From an uncultured virus (IMG/VR IMGVR_UViG_3300032134_000001) (Duplodnaviria; Heunggongvirae; Uroviricota; Caudoviricetes): DNA of 43,369 nt. Below are positions 37,204 to 43,369 of the stretch, piece by piece; the stretch's first letter is position 1, and each line of letters begins with the position of its first letter. The notes beneath the pieces are model-generated. The model ran no database searches and was not told where the DNA came from. It was given only the letters and a program-made list of their open reading frames with translations. The stretch is taken from IMG/VR virus record IMGVR_UViG_3300032134_000001; one strand, 5' to 3'. Both the position numbers and the translations under genes were made by a program.

Positions 37204-37587
37204 CTACTCCGAGGCCCAGCCGAAGAAGGCGAACTTGCCGTCTCCGAGGTCCACGCAGCCCGCCGGCCCCCACTTGTCGTCGACCTGCTCGTACTGCTCG
37301 AAGGCCACGTTGATCTGAGCGTCGGTCAGGCCATGGCGCTCCTTCAGCTCGGCAGCACGGCTCTCCCGCGTCGACCCGTGGTAGACGCAGGCACCCAGCA
37401 CGATCCGAGGCCAGCTCTGGGGCTGAACCCCCGCGGGGACGGGCAGCAGGTTGAAGCTGTGCTTCTCCGCGATGGTCCCCGTGTAGCCGCCGTGGCCGCT
37501 CTCGTACTGAGCACTCTCCACCGCATCGCGGAAGGCAGCCCCTGCAGACTCACCCCGCGCCCCTGTCACAAATGTCGTAGCTCCCAC
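37204..37587 (-). CDS. conserved phage hypothetical protein
   Basis: GTG 37587; GH.GYTGTIAEK...DKWGPA...FFGWAS motifs. Confidence 0.8.
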   Translation of the reverse strand: MGATTFVTGARGESAGAAFRDAVESAQYESGHGGYTGTIAEKHSFNLLPVPAGVQPQSWPRIVLGACVYHGSTRESRAAELKERHGLTDAQINVAFEQYEQVDDKWGPAGCVDLGDGKFAFFGWASE

Positions 37588-37602
37588 TTTCACTCTCCGC
37601 CC

Positions 37603-37616
37603 GGGCCTCTCAGCCC
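37603..37616 (-). repeat. variant hairpin GGGCT-GAGA-GGCCC, copy 5
   Basis: 12/14 identical to the repeat; U-G closing pair with GNRA loop; upstream of GGAG RBS. Confidence 0.55.
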
Positions 37617-37742
37617 ATGAAGTCCTGCATCGAAGCAGAACGGTTGCCTGCGAAGCCCTGGGCAAGATCCCAGGCTTCTCCCTCGAATCCGTGCCTCTGG
37701 AGCGCCTTGATGACGAACCAAGCCACGGTCGAACTCACAAAG

Positions 37743-38081
37743 TTACGAGCCAGCGTCGCTCCCACGATCTGGAGCACCAGGCTCAGTCGCTCGTCGCCGG
37801 AGTACTCCTGCTCGCTCCTCGTTGAAGAGGGGCGAGCTGCACCCAGAGCCGAAGCCTCCGACCTCTCGGCCTCTGATGAGCCCGTCTTCTGCAAGGCCGC
37901 ACCGGTACTCTCCGGGTCCTGACCCTCGGAGGAAGTCACACGTCTGTCCATTCCCTTTCCTCCCGCTCCCTTCGGAGCCGTGAAACATGCCCATCGCACA
38001 GGTAGCGTTGAGACAGCAGAAACCGCTCCTCACACACGGAGTGCGGCGGGCATAGTCAGCCCAGTACTCGGCGTCTGTCAC
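37743..38081 (-). CDS. CxxCxxCC-like (YkgJ-type) Cys-cluster protein
   Basis: CVRSGFCC....C...CDFL...YRC; GTGA overlap. Confidence 0.6.
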   Translation of the reverse strand: MTDAEYWADYARRTPCVRSGFCCLNATCAMGMFHGSEGSGRKGNGQTCDFLRGSGPGEYRCGLAEDGLIRGREVGGFGSGCSSPLFNEERAGVLRRRATEPGAPDRGSDAGS

Positions 38082-38338
38082 GCCTCGGCCCAGTCGTTCG
38101 CCACGTCAGCAAGCCGCTCCATGGGCGTCTCCTGCTCGATGTAGCCGATCATGTCGTCGAGCACCTGGCTACGGTGAACACCTCGGCGAAGCACAGCCCC
38201 TCCACGAGTGATCAGCTCGTAGCTGTGTCGCCCCGGTGTCCTCAGCCGTCGGATGGTGAAGCGCCCCTCGGTGTAGTGCTGCATCCCATCGAGTGCCTCG
38301 TTGGCCGCCAGCCAGAAGGCGCGGCGGTTCGGCCTCAC
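38078..38338 (-). CDS. small protein, C-terminal TPMERLA tag
   Basis: GTG 38338 in GTGA overlap. Confidence 0.7.
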   Translation of the reverse strand: MRPNRRAFWLAANEALDGMQHYTEGRFTIRRLRTPGRHSYELITRGGAVLRRGVHRSQVLDDMIGYIEQETPMERLADVANDWAEA

Positions 38339-38733
38339 TTCGACCCCCTGTAGCGACTCCCCGGCTGGCCCGGCTCGTTGGAGCCCGTGCAGGCCAAGGT
38401 GTGGCTCGTGGAGCGGGGACAGCGCTTGTGCCCACACTCCGGGCAGACGATGAACAGCCGCTCCGTCGGGTTCTTGAGTCCCAGCTCCGGGCGATCCAGG
38501 CAGTTGAAGCACTGGCAGGGCACGTCCGCCAAGCGCCGGGAGCCCCAAGTCACGCTGGTCCCCATCCGGCCTTCCTCACCGGGAGCTGCATCCCAGAGGA
38601 CGCAGACCCCGCCGCCGCTCTTGCTCAGGTAGACGTCTCCCTGCCGGCCGTAGATGCCCGAGACACCGGTCTCCTGGACTCGCTCGCCCGGCTTGAGACC
38701 CATCAGGTAGGCCCGCACGTCGTCGTCATTCAT
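38335..38733 (-). CDS. Cys-rich phage protein
   Basis: CQCFNC...CPECGHKRCP...H.LACTGSNEPGQPGS. Confidence 0.75.
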   Translation of the reverse strand: MNDDDVRAYLMGLKPGERVQETGVSGIYGRQGDVYLSKSGGGVCVLWDAAPGEEGRMGTSVTWGSRRLADVPCQCFNCLDRPELGLKNPTERLFIVCPECGHKRCPRSTSHTLACTGSNEPGQPGSRYRGSK

Positions 38734-38956
38734 CGCTCTTGCTCCCCGCTCGATACAGCACAAAGCCGCCCAGGTAGGTCAGGTCTGCGCTGTTGTCCCC
38801 GTAGACGACGATGAGCCCCTTCCTCTCCAGAGACCGCCGCTGCCGCGCAGGGGGCCGCTCGAAAGTCCGGCGTCGCCCGGTAGGGCTCAGCGACCTGAGA
38901 ACCTCGATCTCCCGGTCTCCCAGGCTCACGTCGATGTTGATCTGAACACGTCTCAT
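38726..38956 (-). CDS. small putative winged-helix protein
   Basis: ATG 38956 (ATGA); SLERKGLI...LT.LG pattern. Confidence 0.55.
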   Translation of the reverse strand: MRRVQINIDVSLGDREIEVLRSLSPTGRRRTFERPPARQRRSLERKGLIVVYGDNSADLTYLGGFVLYRAGSKSDE

Positions 38957-39252
38957 TGCTGGCGGTCTCCGATCTTCCAGTCGTCCCAAGGTCCACCCCT
39001 CGCGTAGAGGTCGCCGTAGAGGTAGTGGCCTCGCTCGGCATCTTGGAACCGGATGCACGGGAAGGCAGCCTCTCCCGTCTCCTCGATGGTCTGCTTGGCG
39101 CTCACGGCGCTCTCCAGGTCCGGCACTCACCAGAAGTCCCGGACAGAGCGGCCGTTCGTGACGACCAAGCGTCCTCGACCGAAGCTGAGCGGCATGGCTT
39201 CCAGCCACCAGCCCTCCGGGATGCGGACCGGGAACCTGTGCGGGGTGGTCAT
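38953..39252 (-). CDS. 99-codon reading frame interrupted by in-frame TGA at 39127-39129 (readthrough or Sec candidate, or two small genes)
   Basis: ATGA-coupled at both ends; frame stays open for 57 codons after the TGA. Confidence 0.5.
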
Positions 39253-39437
39253 CCGCCGCTCTGCTCGCGTGGGTCGCCGTCGTCTCGGCACGCCGCACAG
39301 GGCTGAGGCTCCCCGGCACTCATCTCCATCCCGCACCCTTCCGGCCAGAAGGCCATCAGGAGCAGTCCACTTGCGTCGGCGTTGTCCCCGTTCAGCAGCT
39401 TCATCAGCGGGGGGAGATTCAGGTGTTCGACGTTCAC
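39249..39437 (-). CDS. small hypothetical protein
   Basis: GTGA overlap upstream, ATGA downstream. Confidence 0.55.
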   Translation of the reverse strand: MNVEHLNLPPLMKLLNGDNADASGLLLMAFWPEGCGMEMSAGEPQPCAACRDDGDPREQSGG

Positions 39438-40741
39438 GGTGCAGGCTCCACAGTGAGGCGAGCGTCGCTGACGCCGCCGAGGTTGTTGATGCTCAGGTAG
39501 ACCTGGGGTGCGGTGGCCCAGTCCTCGTAGGTGCCGAGGTTCGTGGGCTCAAAGTCGTGACTGTCCGCCTCACCCCGGTTGGTGTAGGCCACCACGATCT
39601 CGTACCCAGGGTGCCGCGTGGCCTTCTCCAGCCGAGCCAGCTCGACGGTCGGCCAGGTGGTCTCAGCCCCCGTGCCTGCGTTGTTGCGCGTCCGGTTGTG
39701 CTGCCACTCCTGCGTAGCGTAGTTGCACTTCGTCTCTTCGATGGAGCGGTCGCAGTACTTCGGGACCGTGCGGTAGCAGGTCTTGGAGACGAACCGGGTC
39801 TTCGTGCAAGAGTAGCTCTCGCTGCTGTAGGTGGGGCTGCAGGAGGCGAAGCCGTTGCCGTTGTCCTGGCAGGACTCTCCGCTCTTCACCTGACGGGAGC
39901 AGGTTCCCGAGTAGCTCTCGTTCCCGCCGCACTCGTAGCTCTCCTCCTGCGTGCCGCACTGGTACTCCTCGTAGTGGTGGTGCTCCTCGCGGCAGCCGCC
40001 CAGGTGGTTGAGCCCGGCCCGCTCCCCCGAGCCGTTGCTGGGCTCGATCTCGGCCCGCTGCCGGGTGTCGTCCTCCCACAGGCGCTGGGTGATCTGCTCC
40101 CAGGACCAGACCTTCACGGTGTGCGTCCAGGAGGAGGCCTGGACGGTTCCCGTCTCTTCGTGGGTCTGCGTGGCCCACCAGGTGAACAGGAGGGCACTCA
40201 GGACCAGGAAGGCAGCCCCCACCCCCATCATCGTCTTGTTGCGCCGCTGCTCCTTCGCCCGCCGGGCCCGCCAGTCGTCGACAGGGTCCGACTCGTAGCT
40301 CGGAGCGGGGCGGGGCTTGCGGCGGGGCTTGGCCCTCTCCTGCTCGCCGCCAGGCGCGGGATCGACCCGACCTACACCCGGGGCCGGCTCGTCCGGGAGC
40401 GCCCGATGATGCGCCCTCGGGAAGCTCGGGTGGTTCTCGTCGGCCTCGCCGTAGCGCGGGGCGCCGCAGGAAGAGCAGCGGTTCCCGGTCCCGGTGTTGC
40501 CGTTGTGGCAGTGCGTACAGAACCAGTCCGACCCAGCCGTCGCCTTCCGCAGCAGGGCGGGGTCGGTGACGGTCTCTGCGTCGTTGTAGCCGTCACCGTC
40601 GCGGTCGGTGTTCAGGCCCTTCATCTTCATCTCGCCCTTCTCGCGCGGGCTTCCGCAGCTCGGGCAGCGCTTGTGGCGGCCCAGGATGTTGGCTGTGTCG
40701 CAGTCCGCACAGTCCCACTTCAGCTCAATGATTCGTGCCAT
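39434..40741 (-). CDS. RanBP2-type Zn-finger membrane protein with Cys-rich exported domain
   Basis: Two W.C..C...N......C..CG.PR fingers, one TM (GVGAAFLVLSALLFTWW), Cys-rich C-domain. Confidence 0.75.
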   Translation of the reverse strand: MARIIELKWDCADCDTANILGRHKRCPSCGSPREKGEMKMKGLNTDRDGDGYNDAETVTDPALLRKATAGSDWFCTHCHNGNTGTGNRCSSCGAPRYGEADENHPSFPRAHHRALPDEPAPGVGRVDPAPGGEQERAKPRRKPRPAPSYESDPVDDWRARRAKEQRRNKTMMGVGAAFLVLSALLFTWWATQTHEETGTVQASSWTHTVKVWSWEQITQRLWEDDTRQRAEIEPSNGSGERAGLNHLGGCREEHHHYEEYQCGTQEESYECGGNESYSGTCSRQVKSGESCQDNGNGFASCSPTYSSESYSCTKTRFVSKTCYRTVPKYCDRSIEETKCNYATQEWQHNRTRNNAGTGAETTWPTVELARLEKATRHPGYEIVVAYTNRGEADSHDFEPTNLGTYEDWATAPQVYLSINNLGGVSDARLTVEPAP

Positions 40742-40751
40742 CGCTCATCTC

Positions 40752-41036
40752 CTACGAGTCGTAGAGGTAGTCAGTCGTTTCGGTGGCTTGCGGGTCGAGG
40801 ACCCACCGGATGGCTGCAATCCAGCCCTCCAGGCGAGCCGGATTCTCAGCGTCCCGCTTGATCTCTTCGGGGTAGAGCGTCGCTACCCGCTGAGCGTTGA
40901 GCGCCGCCTTCCTACGGATGTCGGCAGGCACTCCCTCCCAGCTCGCTGTCAGCGTCGTGTGGCGGTAGTACCAGAGGCGCTCGAACAGCTCGTCTGCCTT
41001 GGCCTCGATCTGCTTCCGCGTCTTGGGGCGGGCCAT
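40752..41036 (-). CDS. hypothetical protein
   Basis: TAATG overlap; LWY.RH...G.I.A.RWVL...D motif. Confidence 0.75.
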   Translation of the reverse strand: MARPKTRKQIEAKADELFERLWYYRHTTLTASWEGVPADIRRKAALNAQRVATLYPEEIKRDAENPARLEGWIAAIRWVLDPQATETTDYLYDS

Positions 41037-41677
41037 TAGTTGTCGAACCAGAAGACAGCCCGCACGTCGGCGTGAGACAAGCTGTGGGTCTTGGCCACAT
41101 CGGCCATCGCGTTCCGCAGTGATCGGATGCGCTTCTCGGTGAAAGAGCCGTCCTTGATGTGCTCCTGGAGTTCCCGCAGCGAGTACCAGTGTGGGGTGTG
41201 CCAGTCGGGCCCCCAGTAGTAGACCTGACCTCCCCGCTCAGCTGTCGGGTCGCCTGCCTGGTGCCACCGATCCGAATCTTGCCAGCCCTCCGCGAAGAGC
41301 TGCCAGCTGATGTCGTCGGGGACGTGGCGAGGGGGGATGGGGGGCTCAAAGTCGGAGGCGGCCCGCACGCCAGCCAGCTCTCTGAAGGCAGCGTAGTTCC
41401 GCCCGAAGGCCCACGAGTTGGCCAGGATCGGGATGCCAGGTTCCGCATCGGCACAACGAGCCAGTAGGGCCAAGGCCCGCCCTTCCAGGCGCTCCTCGTC
41501 GCGGGCCTCCGACTCCAGATACAGCCCCCAGTCCTCCCAGTCCATCTCCCTCGCGTGGTTGTAGGTCCCGTTCGCAAGGTATTGCGGCCCGCTCTTGCCG
41601 CTCAGGGGCGGGTCGACCGGAACCCAGTCCCCTGCCGCACGCTTTCGCTCGACGTAGAGGTGAATGTCACAGCTCAT
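41036..41677 (-). CDS. conserved phage hypothetical protein
   Basis: M.CDIH.YVE...RNY..F..LAGVR...H...W..L.EL...R.VFWFDN motifs. Confidence 0.8.
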   Translation of the reverse strand: MSCDIHLYVERKRAAGDWVPVDPPLSGKSGPQYLANGTYNHAREMDWEDWGLYLESEARDEERLEGRALALLARCADAEPGIPILANSWAFGRNYAAFRELAGVRAASDFEPPIPPRHVPDDISWQLFAEGWQDSDRWHQAGDPTAERGGQVYYWGPDWHTPHWYSLRELQEHIKDGSFTEKRIRSLRNAMADVAKTHSLSHADVRAVFWFDN

Positions 41678-41680
41678 TCT

Positions 41681-42169
41681 TCAGCTCCCCATACTCAGGT
41701 GGATGTCCAGGACCAGCCCGCCCTGAGCGGCGGCAAGCTGTTCTGTTGGCGTGGCTGCCACGAGGACGGCCTCCAGGTAGATGTGATGGTGGTCTCCGGT
41801 GCAGCGGATCTGCCGCTCGGCCTCGACCACCAAGTCTTCCCAGGTGGGATTCATGAGGACCTCTCCGACGTACTCCTCGCCGCCCTCCTGAATCCAGACG
41901 CCGCTTCCCTTCGAGACCACGCGGTAGCGACCTTCGAGGACGGGACCGCGCTTCCAGGTGACCGTCCAGGTCTCGCCGTAGGTCTCGCCCATCTGACCGG
42001 GCTCATCCACGGTGTCGTAGAAGCTGGCGCTCACGAAGACCGAAGACTGCTCCCCCATCTCAGCTCCCATCACCCGAACGACGTGCTCATCGAAGTGAGC
42101 ATCCTTCGCGTCGCAGCAGACAACGGCTCCAGCCACACGGCAGAGCCGTCGCTGTTCCTGCATGTTCAC
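41681..42169 (-). CDS. hypothetical protein, TPTEQLA near C-terminus
   Basis: NPTW.DL...I..TGD.HHI.LE...MGS motif. Confidence 0.75.
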   Translation of the reverse strand: MNMQEQRRLCRVAGAVVCCDAKDAHFDEHVVRVMGAEMGEQSSVFVSASFYDTVDEPGQMGETYGETWTVTWKRGPVLEGRYRVVSKGSGVWIQEGGEEYVGEVLMNPTWEDLVVEAERQIRCTGDHHHIYLEAVLVAATPTEQLAAAQGGLVLDIHLSMGS

Positions 42170-42798
42170 GAGATCACCTTCGTGTGGCTGATGCGAGCCT
42201 CATGCCGGTCGCTCAACTCATCGACCTCGCGGCGAGCCTCCAGGTAGTCGGCATCCTCCTTCGTAAGGGTCTGCTGAGCTGGTGCTGGTGCCCCCCGCAT
42301 GACCTTGCCCGTCACCGTGAGGTAGAGGGGGCTGTCGCTGTCGTGCCAGCCCAGCTTGGTGTGCGACCGCTTGCCCCAGCCCCGGATCAAGGGGTGGCTC
42401 TTGTCGCCTTGTCGCTGCATGTGAGAGTGCCGGATGAAGGGCGAGTCGTCGTCCATGAGCGAAGCGCAGATGCCGTCCATCACATCGTCCGGGGAGCCGT
42501 AGAAGGGCCCGAAGTGGTGGTTCTTCTTGAGCTTGGCCGTAGCCTGCCACCCGTTGGCGATCTGGACATGAACCCGCAGCTCCAGCCGGTCGCTGTCATC
42601 GAGCAGGTCGAGGTCCCGCTTGAGCTGCAACAGGGCCTGCTCGGGGTGGGCGAAGAGCTTCACCTCCAGCTCGACCTCACCTGGGGCGGTTGTCGGCCCA
42701 GGAAGCTGCTTCCTGCCCGCGCGAGCTGCAACAGCTCCAGCCACAAGACCGGCGATACCGCAGCCCAACCCGATGGCGATGCTGATGGGGTCGATCAT
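42166..42798 (-). CDS. N-terminally anchored membrane protein
   Basis: ATG 42798 (ATGA); ISIAIGLGCGIAGLVAGAVAA. Confidence 0.75.
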   Translation of the reverse strand: MIDPISIAIGLGCGIAGLVAGAVAARAGRKQLPGPTTAPGEVELEVKLFAHPEQALLQLKRDLDLLDDSDRLELRVHVQIANGWQATAKLKKNHHFGPFYGSPDDVMDGICASLMDDDSPFIRHSHMQRQGDKSHPLIRGWGKRSHTKLGWHDSDSPLYLTVTGKVMRGAPAPAQQTLTKEDADYLEARREVDELSDRHEARISHTKVIS

Positions 42799-43037
42799 TC
42801 TTCCTGCTCCGTAGGTAGGGTCATGCCCAAGCCAGCGAGTCGGATGAAGACCTCCAACTCGGTCGGGCGAGGGCCGTAGCAACTCATCTTGTGGGGCCCC
42901 GTGGTGAGGTTGGGGCAGTGAGAGCACCACGGACCGTCAGGCCACTGCGGGTGGGTCTCCTTGCGCTCCTTGGCATCCCGTTCACTCTCTGCCCGCAGCT
43001 CTGCGAAGAGCTTGCGGCGAGCCTCACGGTCGATCAC
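42795..43037 (-). CDS. small protein with CxxC...H...C motif
   Basis: GTGA overlap. Confidence 0.7.
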   Translation of the reverse strand: MIDREARRKLFAELRAESERDAKERKETHPQWPDGPWCSHCPNLTTGPHKMSCYGPRPTELEVFIRLAGLGMTLPTEQEE

Positions 43038-43339
43038 GACGCGGCCAAAGCCAGGGCTTCCAGCGGTGTCGGGAGGCTGACGTGACGCTCCTTGAGGGCG
43101 TCGATCTCTCGCTCCAGGCGGGCGATCTCCGTCTTCATGTTTGTCGTCAGCTCTGCCTTCGTTGACTTGATGAGGGCGCGGAGGAGGTCTTGGGCGATAA
43201 CCACCAACTCAGGGGCCTGAGGAACAGACTTGCGGATGCCCCCCACGGCCTTGCGGAGCAGAGTGAGCCGGTTGATCCCCAGGTTCGCGGCGTCGTAGTA
43301 GCCCTTCTGCCAGAGCTTCTCTGGCGACAGGTAGCCCAT
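43034..43339 (-). CDS. small coiled-coil protein, C-terminal TPLEALA tag
   Basis: ATG start, GC3-rich frame. Confidence 0.75.
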   Translation of the reverse strand: MGYLSPEKLWQKGYYDAANLGINRLTLLRKAVGGIRKSVPQAPELVVIAQDLLRALIKSTKAELTTNMKTEIARLEREIDALKERHVSLPTPLEALALAAS

Positions 43340-43369
43340 GTAGAGCTGAACCGAGATGTCGCCCCTCTT

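Noticed and set aside
37610..37999. 129-aa minus-strand ORF
   Set aside because: It largely overlaps the better-supported Cys-cluster gene 37743-38081. Only a short 3' portion might be a real small gene.
25270..38480. Weak tag-like strings (TALEAGA, DAIEALA, NPTERLF)
   Set aside because: They deviate too far from the consensus and were not counted.
5284..42879. Many long plus-strand ORFs (e.g. 11617-13386, 13763-15454, 26264-27787, 39053-40861)
   Set aside because: They are antisense shadows of GC3-rich minus-strand genes, with no RBS and no recognisable motifs.
10771..43069. The tag read as a DNA repeat or Chi-like site (GCTGGAG core)
   Set aside because: It is always in the same reading frame with synonymous third-position variation and conservative residue swaps. 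A DNA-level role is not formally excluded but is less parsimonious.
1..43369. Genome-wide stop-codon reassignment
   Set aside because: TGA, TAG and TAA all terminate genes at coupled junctions. Only one in-frame TGA candidate was found.

Overview
A 43.4 kb, high-GC (roughly two-thirds G+C by eye), very densely coded window that looks like the accessory or early region of a large bacteriophage. This is an inference: no capsid, terminase, integrase, tRNA, rRNA or CRISPR features are visible. About 70 mostly small genes lie on the minus strand, chained by ATGA/GTGA/TGATG overlaps. The single plus-strand gene encodes a ribbon-helix-helix protein (4502-4942) transcribed divergently from a four-gene module headed by a 923-aa charged coiled-coil protein. 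Recognisable products include a RelA/SpoT-type HD hydrolase, a DUF932-like protein, a PEP-utiliser His-domain fusion, an ADP-ribosyltransferase-like domain, a PC4-like protein, a DUF1281/YubB-like protein and several Zn/Cys-rich proteins. The main observation is a 7-residue peptide, consensus [ST]-P-[LM]-E-[QAL]-L-A. It occurs about 25 times in about 24 mostly unrelated proteins between 10.7 and 43.1 kb, usually as a C-terminal tail or loop insertion, and varies at synonymous codon positions. This suggests a shared docking, packaging or processing tag. Other signals are four dispersed NxTxYST[EP]DL paralogues, a repeated GGGCU-GAGG-AGCCC hairpin next to ribosome-binding sites, an in-frame UGA followed by a SECIS-like hairpin, and several highly structured intergenic regions. 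Family names come from motif recognition by eye, not database searches.
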